Assembly: GCF_009914755.1 (NCBI RefSeq)
Contig: NC_060933.1
Strand: one strand, 5' to 3'
Length of the DNA stretch: 64,000 nt
DNA from: the human T2T-CHM13v2.0 reference genome, Homo sapiens
Shown: one piece after another, positions 12,791 to 25,900 of the stretch
How positions within the stretch are numbered: position 1 is the stretch's first letter
Layout: each line of letters begins with the position of its first letter
Translations under genes and position numbers: made by a program
Notes under the pieces: generated by a model
The model's database searches: none
Seen by the model: the letters and a program-made list of their open reading frames with translations, nothing else
Told to the model about the DNA's origin: nothing

Positions 12791-15700
12791 TGGAATGGAA
12801 TGGAATGGAATGGAATCAACTCGATTGCAATCGAATGGAATGGAATGGAATTAACCCGAATAGAATGGAATGGAATGGAATGGAACGGAACAGAACGGAA
12901 TGGAATGGATTGGAATGGAATGGAATGGAATGGAATGGAACGGAAAGGAATGGAATGGAATGGAATGGAATGGAATGGAATGGAATGGAATCAACGCGAG
13001 TGCAGGGGAATGGAATGAAATGGAATGCAATGGAATGGAATCTTCTGGAATGGAATGGAATGGAATGGAATGGAATGGAATGGAATAAACCCGAGTGCAA
13101 TGGAATGGAGTGGAAAGGAGTGGAATGGAATGGGACAACCCGAATGGAATGGAATGTAATGGAGAGTAAGGGAGTTGAAGAGAATCAATCCGAATGTAAT
13201 GGAATGGAATGGAACGGAATGGAATTGAATGGAATGGAAAGGAATGCAATGGAATGGAATCAACCCGAGTGCAATGGAATGGAGAGGAATGGAATGGAAT
13301 GGAATGGAAACTACCCGAATGGAATGGATTGTAATGGAGTGTAAGGGAATTGAATAGAATCAATCCGAATGTAATGGAATGGAATGGAACGGAATGGAAT
13401 GGAATGGAATGGAATGGAATGCAATGGAATGGAATCAACCCGACTGCAATCGAATGGAATCGAATGGAATGGAATGCAATGGAATGGATTGCAATGGAAT
13501 GGATTCAACTTGAATGGAAGAGAAAGAATGGAATCAACACGAGTGGAATGGCATGGATTGGAATGGAATGCAATGGAATCAACCCGAGTACAGGGGAATG
13601 GAATGGAATGGAATGCAATGGAATGGAATCATCCGTAATGGAATGGAAAGGAATGGAATGGAATGGAATGGAATGGAATGGAATGGAATGGAATCAACTC
13701 GATTGCAATCGAATGGAATGGAATGCAATTAACCCGAATAGAATGGAATGGAATGGAATGGAACGGAATGGAATGGAATGGAATGGAATGGAATGGAATG
13801 CAATGGAATGGAATGGAATGGAATGGAATGGAATGCAATGGAATGGAATCAACCCGAGTGCAATCGAATGGAATCGAATGGAATGGAATGCAATGGAATG
13901 GATTCAACTTGAATGGAATGGAAAGAATGGAATCAACACGAGTGGAATGGCATGGATTGGAATAGAATGGAATGGAAACAACCCGAGTACAGGGGAATGG
14001 AATGGAATGCAATGCAATGGAATGGAATCATCCGTAATGGAATGGAAAGGAATGGAATGGAATGCAATGGAATGGAATGAAATGGAATCAACTCGATTGC
14101 AATCGAATGGAATGGAATGGAATTAACCCGAATAGCATGGAAAGGAATGGAATGGAACGGAACGGAATGGAATGGAATGGAATGGAATGGAATGGTATGG
14201 AATGGAATGGAATGGTACGGAATAGAATGGAATGGAATGAATTGTAATGGAATGGAATTGAATGGAATGGAATCGAATGGAATGGAATCAACGCGAGTGC
14301 AGGGGAATGTAATGGAACGGAATGCAATGGAATGGAATCATCCGGGATATAATGGAATGGAATGGAATGGAATGGAATGGAATCAACCAGAGTGCAATGG
14401 AATGGAGTGGAATGGACTGGAATGGAATGGACCAACCCGAATGGAATGGAATGTAATGGAGAGTAATGGAGTTGAATAGAATCAATCCGAATGTAATGGA
14501 ATGGAATTCAACCTAATGGAATGGAAAGGAATGGAATGGAATGGAATGCAATGGAATGGAATCAACCCGAGTACAATGGAATGGAATGGAATGGAATGAA
14601 ATGGAATGGAATGGAATGGAATGATACGGAATAGAATGGAATGGAACGAAATGGAATGGAATGGAATGGAATGGAATGGAATGGAATGGAATGGAATCGT
14701 TCCGAGTGGAATAGGAGGGAATGTATTCGAGTGGAATGGAAAGGAATGGAATCAACCTGAGTGGAATGGAAGGGAATGGAATGGAATGGAAACTAATAGA
14801 ATGGAATCAACCCGAGTGGAATGGAATGGAAAGGACTGGAATGGAATGGAGTGGAATGGAATGGAAACAAATCGATTGTAATGGAATGGAATGGAAAGGA
14901 ATGGAATGGAATGGAATGGAATGGAATGGAATTAACCCGAATACAATGGAATGGAATGGAATGGAACGGAATGGAGTGGAATGGAATGGAATCAACCCGA
15001 GTGCAGGAGAATGGAATGGAATGGAATGCAATGGAATGGAATCATCCGGAAAGGAATGGAATGGAATGGAATGCAAAGCAATGGAATCAACTCGATTGCA
15101 ATGGAATGGAATGGAATGGAAAGGAATACATTGGAATCAACCCGAGTGGAATGGAATGGAAAGGACTGGAATGGAGTGGAATGGAATGGAATGGAATGGA
15201 ATGGAATCAACTCGATTGGAATGGAATGGAATGGAATGGAATGGAATGGAATTAACCCGAATAGAATGGAATGGAATGGAATGGAACGGAACGGAACGGA
15301 ACGGAATGGAATGGAATGGAATTTAATGGAATGGAATCAACCCGAGTGCAGGGGAATGGAATGGAATGGAATGCAATGGAATGGATTCAACTTGAATGGA
15401 ATGGAAAGAATGGAATCAACACGAGTGGAATGGCATGGATTGGAATGGAATGGAATGGAATCAACCCGAGTACAGGGGAATGGAATGGAATGGAATGCAA
15501 TGGAATGGAATCATCCATAATGGAATGGAAAGGAATGGAATGGAATGGAATGGAATGGAATGGAATGGAATCAACTCGATTGCAGTCGAATGGAATGGAA
15601 TGGAATTAATCCGAATAGAATGGAATGGAATGGAATGGAACGGAACGGAATGGAATGGAATGCAATGGAATGGAACGGAACGGAACGGAACGGAATGGAA

Positions 15701-18700
15701 TGGAATGGAATGGAATGGAATGGAATCAACACGAGTGCAGGGGAATGGAATGGAATGGAATGCAATGGAATGGAATCTTCCGGAATGGAATGGAATGGAA
15801 TGGAATGGAATGAAATGCAATGGATTCAACGCGATTGCAATGGAATGGAATAGAATGGAATTTAATGGAATGGAATGGAATTAATCCGAATAGAATGGAA
15901 TGGAATGGAATGGAACGGAATGGAACGGAATGGAATGGAATGGAATGGAATGGAATGGAACAGAATTGAATGGAATGGAATGGAATGGAATGCAATGGAA
16001 TGGAATGGAATGGAATGGAATGGAACGCAATGGAATGGAATCAACCCGAGTGCAATCGAGTGGAATCGAATGGAATGCAATGCAATGGAATGGATTCAAC
16101 TTGAATGGAATGGAAAGAATGGAATCAACACGAGTGGAATGGCATGGATTGGAATAGAATGGAATGGAAACAACCCGAGTACAGGGGAATGGAATGGAAT
16201 GCAATGCAATGGAATGGAATCATCCGTAATGGAATGGAAAGGAATGGAATGGAATGGAATGGAATGGAATGGAATCAACTCGATTGCAATGGAATGGAAT
16301 GGAATGGAATTAAACCGAATAGCATGGAAAGGAATGGAATGGAACGGAACGGAATGGAATGGAATGGAATGGAATGGAACGGAACGGAACGAAACGGAAC
16401 GGAATGGAATGGAATGGAATGGAATGGAATGGAATGGAATAAACGCGAGTGCAGGGGAATGGAATGGAATGGAATGCAATGGAATGGAATCTTCCGGAAT
16501 GGAATGGAATGGAATGGAATGGAATGAAATTCAATGGATTCAACTCGATTGCAATAGAATGGAATAGAATGGAATGGAATGGAATGGAATGGAATGGAAT
16601 GGAATTAACCCGAATAGTATGGAATGGAATGGAATGCAACGGAATGGAAAGGAATGGAATGGAATGGAATGCAATGGAATGGTATGGAATGGAGTAGAAT
16701 GGTACGGAATAGAATGGAATGGAACGAATTGTAATGGAATGGAATTGAATGGAATGGAATGGAATGGAATGGAATCAACGCGAGTGCAGGGGAATGTAAT
16801 GGAAGGGAATGCAATGGAATGGAATCATCCGGAATGGAATGGAATGGAATGGAATGGAATGGAATGGAATCAACCCGAGTGCAATGGAATGGAGTGGAAT
16901 GGAATGGAATGGAATGGAACAACCCGAATGGAATGGAATGTAATGGAGAGTAAGGGAGTTGAATAGAATCAGTCCGAATGTAATGGAATGAAATGCAACG
17001 GAATGGAATGGAATGGAATGGAATGGAATGCAATGGAATGGAATCAACCCGAGTACAATGGAATGGAATGGAATGGAATGGAATGGAATGCCTTCAAACC
17101 GAATGGAATGGAAAGGAATGGAATCAACACGAGTGGAATGGAATGGAATGGAATCAATGGAATGATACGGAATAGAATGGAATGGAACGAAATGGAATGG
17201 AATGGAATGGAATGGAATGGAATGGAATGCAATGGAATGGAATGGAATCAACGCGAGTGGAGGGGAATGGAATGGAATCGAATGGAATGGAATGGAATGG
17301 AATTGAATCATCCGGAATGGAATAGAATGGAATGGAATGGAATCAACCCGAGTGCAGGACAATGTAACGGAACGGAATGCAGTGGAATGGAATCATCCGG
17401 AATGGAATAGAATGGAATGGAATGGAATCAACCCGAGTGCAGGGGAATGTAACGGAACGGAATGCAATGGAATGGAATCATCCGGAATGGAATAGAATGG
17501 AATGGAATGGAATCAACCCGAGTGGAATGGAAGGGAATGGAATGGAATGGAAACTAATAGAATGGAATCAACCCGAGTGGAATGGAATGGAAAGGACTGG
17601 AATGGAATGGAATGGAATGGAATCAACTCGATTGTAATGGAATGGAATGGAATGGAATGGAATGGAATTAACCCGAATACAATGGAATGGAATGGAATGG
17701 AAGGGAATGGAGTGGAATGGAATGGAATCAATCCGAGTACACGGGAATGGAATGGAATGGAATGCAATGGAATGGAATCATCCGGAATGGAATGGCATGG
17801 AATGGAATGCAAAGCAATGGAATCAACTCGATTGCAATGGAATGTAATGGAATGGAAAGGAATACATTGGAATAGAGCCGACTGGAATGAAATGGAAAGG
17901 ACTGGAATGGAGTGGAATGGAATGGAATGGAATGGAATGGAATCAACTCGATTGGAATGGAATGGAATGGAATGGAATGGAATGGAATGGAATGGAATGC
18001 AATTAACCCGAATAGAATGGAATGGAATGGAATGGAACGGAACGGAATGGAATGGAATGGAATGGAATGGAATTTAATGGAATGGAATCAACCCGACTGC
18101 AGGGGAATGGAATGGAATGGAATGCAATGGAATGGATTCAACTTGAATGGAATGGAAAGAATGGAATCAATACGAGTGGAATGGCATGGATTGGAATGGA
18201 ATGGAATGGAATCAACCCGAGTACAGGGGAAAGGAATGGAATGGAATGCAATGGAATGGAATCATCCGTAATGGAATGGAAAGGAATGGAATGGAATGGA
18301 ATGGAATCAACTCGATTGCAATCGAATGGAATGGAATGGAATTAACCTGAATAGAAAGGAATGGAATGGAATGGAATGGAATGGAACGGAAAGGAATGGA
18401 ATGGAATGGAATGGAATGGAATGGAATGGAATGGAACGGAAAGGAATGGAATGGAATGGAATGGAATGGAATGGAATGGAACGGAATGGAATCAACGTGA
18501 GTGCAGGGGAATGGAATGGAATGGAATGCAACGGAATTGAATCTTCCGGAATGGAATGGAATGGAATGGAATGGAATGGAATAAACCCGAGTGCAATGGA
18601 ATGGAGTGGAATGGAATGGAATGGAATGGAACAACCCGAATGGAATGGAATGTAATGGAGAGTAAGGGAGTTGAATAGAATCAATCCGAATGTAATGGAA

Positions 18701-20700
18701 TGGAATGGAACGGAATGGAATGGAATGGAATGGAATGGAATGGAATGCAATGGAATGGAATCAACCCGAGTGCAATGGAATGGAGAGGAATGGAATGGAA
18801 TGGAATGGAAACTACCCGAATGGAATGGAATGTAATGGAGTGTAAGGGAATTGAATAGAATCAATCCGAATGTAATGGAATGGAATGGAACGGAATGGAA
18901 TGGAATGGAATGGAATGGAATGGAATGGAATGCTATGGAATGGAATCAACCCGAGTGCAATCGAATGGAATCAAATGGAATGGAATGCAATGGAATGGAT
19001 TCAACTTGAATGGAATGGAAAGAATGGAATCAACACGAGTGGAAGGGCATGGATTGGAATGCAATGGAATGGAATCAACCCGAGTACAGGGGAATGGAAT
19101 GGAATGGAATGCAATGGAATGGAATCATCCGTAATGGAATGGAAAGGAATGGAATGGAATGGAATGGAATGGAATGGAATCAACACGATTGCAATCGAAT
19201 GGAATGGAACGGTATTAACCCGAATAGAATGGAATGGAATGGAATGGAACGGAACGGAATGGAATGGAATGGAATGGAATGGAATGGAATGGAATGGAAC
19301 GGAACGGAACGGAATGGAATGGAATGGAATGGAATGGAATGGAATGGAATCAACGCGAGTGCAGGGGAATGGAATGGAATGGAATGCAATGGAATGGAAT
19401 CTTCTGGAATGGAATGGAATGGAATGGAATGGAATGAAATGCAATGGATTCAACTCGATTGCAATGGAATGGAATAGAATGGAATGGAATGGAATGGAAT
19501 GGAATTAACCCGAATAGAATGGAATGGAATGGAATGGAACGGAATGGAATGGAATGGAATGGTATGGAACGGAATGGAATGGTACGGAATAGAATGGAAT
19601 GGATCGAATTGTAATGGAATGGAATTGAATGGAATGGAATGGAATGGAATGGAATGGAATCAACGCGAGTGCAGGGGAATGTAATGGAACGGAATGCAAT
19701 GGAATGGAATCATCCGGAATGGAATGGAATGGAATGGAATGGAATGGAATGGAATCAAACCGAGTGCAATGGAATGGAGTGGAATGGAATGGAATGGAAT
19801 GGAACAACACGAATGGAACGGAATGTAATGGAGAGTAAGGGAGTTGAATAGAATCAATCCGAATGTAATGGAATGGAATGCAACGGAATGGAATGGAATG
19901 GAATGGAATGGAATGCAATGGAATGGAATCAACCCGAGTACAATGGAATGGAATGTAATGGAATGGAATGGAATGGAATGGAATGGAATGGAATGCCTTA
20001 AATCCGAATGGAATGGAAAGGAATGGAATCAACACGAGTGGAATGGAATGGAATGGAATGGAATGGAATGGAATGATACGGAATAGAATGGAATGGAACG
20101 AAATGGAATGGAATGGAATGGAATGGAATGGAATGGAATAGTTCCGAGTGGAATAGGAGGGAATGTATTCGAGTGGAATGCAAAGGAATGGAATTAACCA
20201 GACTGGAATGGAGGGAATGGAATGGAATGGAAACTAATAGAATGGAATCAACCCGAGTGGAATGGATTGGAAAGGACTGGAATGGAATGGAATGGAATGG
20301 AATCAACTCGATTGTAATGGAATGGATTGGAATGGAATGGAATGGAAGGAATTAACCCGAATACAATGGAATGGAATGGAATGGAACGGAATGGAGTGGA
20401 ATGGAATGGAATCAAGCCGAGGGCAGGGGAATGGAATGGAATGGAATGCAATGGAATGGAATCATCCGGAATGGAATGGAAAGGAATGGAATGGAATCAA
20501 TTCGATTGGAATGGAATGGAATGGAATGGAATGGAATGGAATGGAATTAACCCGAATAGAATGGAATGGAATGGAATGGAACGGAAAGGAATGGAATGGA
20601 ATGGAATGGAATGGAATGAAATCAACCCGACTGCAGGGGAATGGAATGGAATGGAATGCAATGGAATGGAATCATCCATAATGGAATGGAAAGGAATGGA
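11900..20700 (+). repeat. Diverged ~2.7-kb higher-order periodicity (about 3 periods, 4 anchors)
   Basis: AAACTAATAG occurs at 12085, 14790, 17551 and 20231 (spacings 2705, 2761, 2680). GCAAAGC occurs at 12323, 15073 and 17809 (spacings 2750, 2736). Confidence 0.6.
17305..17525 (+). repeat. 85-bp local tandem repeat (~2.5 copies)
   Basis: CATCCGGAATGGAATAG at 17309, 17394 and 17479; private GTAACGG variant in the two complete copies. Confidence 0.85.
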
Positions 20701-23700
20701 ATGGAATGGAATGGAATGGAATGGAATGGAATCAACTCGCTTGTAATCGAATGGAATGGAATGGAATTAACCCGAATAGATTGGAATGGAATGGAATGGA
20801 ATCAACCCGAGTACAGGGGAATGGAATGGAATGGAATGCAATGGAATGGAATCATCCATAAAGGAATGGAAAGGAATGGAATGGAATGGAATGGAATGGA
20901 ATGGAATAGAATGGAATTGAATGGAATGGAATCAACTCGATTGCAATAGAATGGAATGGAATGGAATTAACCCGAATAGAATGGAATGGAATGGAATGGA
21001 ACGGAACGGAATTGAATGGAATGGAATGGAATGGAACGGAACGGAATGGAATGGAATGGAATGGAATGGAATGGAATCAACACGAGTGCATGGGAATGGA
21101 ATGGAATGGATTGGAATGGAATGGAATCTTCCGGAATGGAATGGAATGGAATGGAATGGAATGGAATGGATTTAACTCGATTGCAATGGAATGGAATGGA
21201 ATGGAATGGAATGGAATGGAATGGAATGGAATGGCATTAACCCGAATAGAATGGAATGGAATGGAATGGAATGGAAAGGAAGGTAATGGAATGGAATGGA
21301 ATGGAATCAACCCGAGTGCAGGGGAATGGAATGGAATGGAATGCAATGGAATGGAATCATCCGGAATGGAATGCAATGGAATGGAATGGAATGCAATGGA
21401 ATGGAATCATCCGGAATGGAATGGATTGGAATGGAATGGAATGGAATCGAATGGAATGGAATGGAATGGAATCAACTCGATTCCAATGGAATGGAATGGA
21501 ATGGAATGGAATGGAATGGAATGGAATCAACTCGATTCCAATGGAATGGAATGGAATAGAACGGAATGGAATTAACACGAATAGAATGGAATGGAATGGA
21601 ATGGAACGGAATGGAATGGAATGGAATGGATTCAACTCGATTGCAATGGAATGAAATAGAATGGAATGGAATGGAATGGAATGGAATTAACCCGAATAGA
21701 ATGGAATGGAATGGAATGGAACGGAATGTAATGGAATAGAATGGAATGGAATCAACCTGAGTGCAGGGGAATGGAATGGAATGGAATGCAATGGAATGGA
21801 ATCATCAGGAATGGAATGGAATGGAATGGAATGGAATGGAATCAACTCGTTTTCAATGGAATGGAATGGAATAGAATGGAATGGAATTAACACGAATAGA
21901 ATGGATTGGAATGGAATGGAATGGAACGGAAAGGAATGGAATAGAATGGAATGGAATCAACCAAAGTGCAGGGGAATGGAATGGAATGGAATTCAGTGGA
22001 ATGGAATCATCCGGAATGGAATGGAATGGAATGGAATGGCATGGAATGGAATGGAATCAACCCGAGTGCAATGGAATGGAGAGGAATGGAATGGAATGGA
22101 ATGGAATGGAATGGAATCAACCCGATTACAGGGGAATTTAATGGAATGGAATGGAATGCAATGGAATGGAATCATCCGTAATGGAATGGAAAAGAATGGA
22201 ATGGAATGGAATGGAATGGAATGGAATTTAATGGAATGGAATCATCTAGATTGCAATCGAATGGAATGGAATGTAATTAACCCGAATAGAATGGAATGGA
22301 ATGGAATGGAACGGAACGGAATGGAATGGAAAGGAATGGAATGGAATGGAATGGACTGGAATGGAATCAACGCGAGTGCAGTGGAATGGAATGGAATGGA
22401 ATGCAATGGAATGGTATGTTCCGGAATGGAATGGAATGGAATGGAATGGAATGGAATGGAATGGAATGCAATGGATTCAACTCGATTGCAATGGAATGGA
22501 ATAGAATGGAATGGAATGGAATGGAATGGAATGGAATGGAATGGAATCAACCCGAATAGAATGGAATGGAATGGAATGGAACGGAACGGAATGGAATGGA
22601 ACGGAATGGAATGGAATGCAATGGAATGGAATGGAATGGTATGGAATGGAATGGAATGGTAAGGAATAGAATGGAATGGAACGAATTGGAATGGAATGGA
22701 ATCGAATGGAATGGAATGGAATAAACCTGAGTGCAGGGGAATGTAATGGAACGGAATGCAATGGAATGGAATCATCCGGAATGGAATGGAATGGAATGGA
22801 ATGGAATGGAATCAACCCGAGTGCAATGGAATGGAGTGGAATGGAATGGAATGGAATGTAAACAACACGAATGGAATGGAATATAATGGAGTGTAAGGGA
22901 ATTGAGTGGAATCAATCCGAATGTAATGGAATGGAATGGAAAGGAATGGAATGGAATGGAATGGAATGGATTGGAATCAACCCGAGTGTAATGGAATGGA
23001 ATCGAAAGGAATGGAAAGGAATGGAATGGATTCAACTCGATTGCAATGGAATGGAATAGAATGGAATGGAATGGAATGGAATTAACCCGAATAGAATGGA
23101 ATGGAATGGAATGGAACGCAACGGAATGGAATGGAATGGAATGGAATGGAATGGAATGGAATGGAATGGTATGGAATGGAATGGAATGGTGCGGAATAGA
23201 ATGGAATGGAACGAATTGGAATGGAATGGAATCGAATGGAATGGAATGGAATGGAATGGAATCAACCCGAGTGCAGTGGATTGTAATGGAACGGAATGCA
23301 CTGGAATGGAATCATCCGCAATGGAATGGAATGGAATGAAATGGAATCAACCCGAGTGCTTTGGAATGGAGTGGAATGGAATGGAATGGAATGTAAACAA
23401 CCCGAATGGAATGGAATATAATAGAGTGTAAGGGAATTGAATGGAATCAATCCGAATGCAATGGAATGGAATGGAAAGGAATGGAATTGAATGGAATGGA
23501 ATGGAATGGAATCAACCCGAGTGTAATGGAATGGAATCGAAAGGAATGGAAAGCAATGGAATGGATTCAACACCAATGTAATGGAAAGGAATGGAATCAA
23601 CCTGAGTGGAATGGCATGGAATGGAATGGAAAGGAATGGAATGGAATGGTACAGAACAGAATGGATTGGAACGAAATGGAATGGAATGGAATGGAATGGA

Positions 23701-25900
23701 ATGCAATCAACTCGATTGCAATGGAATGGAATGGAATGGAATGGAATAGTATGGAAGGGAATTAACCCGAATAGATTGGAATGGAATGGAAAGGAATCAA
23801 CGCGAGTACAGGGGAATGGAATGGAATGGAATGCAATGGAATGGAATCATCCGTAAAGGAATGGAAAGGAATGGAATGGAATGGAATGGAATGGAATAGA
23901 ATAGAATGGAATGGAATGGAATCAACTCGATTGCAATAGAATGGAATGGAATGCAATTAACCCGAATAGAATGGAATGGAATGGAATGGAACGGAACGGA
24001 ATGGAATAGAATGGAATGGAATGGAATGGAATGGAATGGAACGGAACGGAACGGAATGAAATGGAATGGAATGGAATGGAATGGAATCAACGCGAGTGCA
24101 GGGGAATGGAATGGAATGAAATGCAATGGAATGGAATTTTCCGGAATGGAATGGAATGGAATGGATTCAACTCGATTGCAATGGAATGGAATGGAATGGA
24201 ATGGAATGGAATGGAATGGAATTAACACGAATAGAATGGAATGGAATGGAATGGAAAGGAAGGTAATGGAATGGAATGGAATGGAATCAACCCGAGTGCA
24301 GGGGAATGGAATGGAATGGAATGCAATGGAATGGAATCATCCGGAATGGAATGCAATGGAATGGAATGGAATGCAATGGAATGGAATCATCCGGAATGGA
24401 ATGGAATGGAATGGAATGGAATGGAATGGAATGGAATCAACTCGATTCCAATGGAATGGAATGGAATAGAACGGAATGGAATTAACACGAATAGAATGGA
24501 ATGGAATGTAATGGAACGGAACGGAATGGAATGGAATGGAATGGAATGGACTGGAATGGAATCAACCCGAATAGAATGGAATGGAATGGAATGGAACGGA
24601 ACGGAACTGAATGGAATGGAATGCAATGGAATGGAATGGAATGATATGGAATGGAATGGAATGGTACGGAATAGAATGGAATGGAACAAATTGGAATGGA
24701 ATGGAATCGAATGGAATGGAATGGAATCAACCCGAGTGCAGGGGAATGTAATGGAACGGAATGCAATGGAATGGAATCATCTGGAATGGAATGGAATGGA
24801 ATGGAATCAACCCGAGTGCAATGGAATGGAGTGGAATGGAATGGAATGGAATGTAAACAACCCGAATGGAATGGAATATACTGGAGTGTAAGGGAATTGA
24901 ATGGAATCAATCCGAATGTAATGGAATGGAATGGAAAGGAATGGAATGGAATGGAATGGAATTGAATGGAATCAACCCGAGTGTAATGGAATGGAATCGA
25001 AAGGAATGGAAAGGAATGGAATGGATTCAACTCGACTGCAATGGAATGGAATAGAATGGAATGGAATGGAATGGAATGGAATGGAATGGAATGGAATTAA
25101 CCCGAATAGAATGGAATGGAATGGAATGGAATAGACTGGAATGGAAACAACGCGAGTCCAGGGGAATGGAATGGAATGGAATGCAATGGAATGGAATCTT
25201 CTGGAATGGAATGGAATGGAATGGAATGGAATGAAATGCAATGGATTCAACTCGATTGCAATGGAATGGAATAGAATGGAATGGAATGGAATGGAATGGA
25301 ATTAACCCGAATAGAATGGAATGGAATGGAACGGAATGGAACGGAATGGAATGGAATGGAATGGAATGGAATGGAATGGAATGGTATTGAATGGAATGGA
25401 ATGGTACGGAATAGAATGGAATGGAACGAATTGTAATGGAATGGAATTGAATGCAATGGAATGGAATGGAATGGAATCAACGCGAGTGCAGGGGAATGTA
25501 ATGGAACGGAATGCAATGGAATGGAATCATCCGGAATGGAATGGAATGGAATGGAATGGAATGGAATCAACCCGAGTGCAATGGAATGGAGTGGAATGGA
25601 ATGGAATGGAATGGAATGGAATGGAATCAACTCGATTGCAATCGAATGGAATGGAATGGAATTAACCCGAATAGAATGGAATGGAATGGAATGGAACGGA
25701 ACGGAATGGAATGGAATGGAATGGAATGGAACGGAAAGGAATGGAATAGAATGGAATCGAATGGAATGGAATGGAATGGAATGGAATCAACGCGAGTGCA
25801 GGGGAATGGAATGGAATCGAATGGAATGGAATGGAATGGAATGGAATGGAATAAACCCGAGTGCAATGGAATGGAGTGGAATGGAATGGAATGGAATGGA
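20351..25900 (+). repeat. Distinct HSat3 sub-domain with unbroken pentamer register and private cassettes
   Basis: No register slip for ~5.5 kb and no CAACTTGA/GGAAAGAAT module. Private motifs are GTAAACAAC, CTCGATTCC, TTAACACGA, AAGGAAGGTAAT and GGAATCGAAAGG. Confidence 0.75.
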
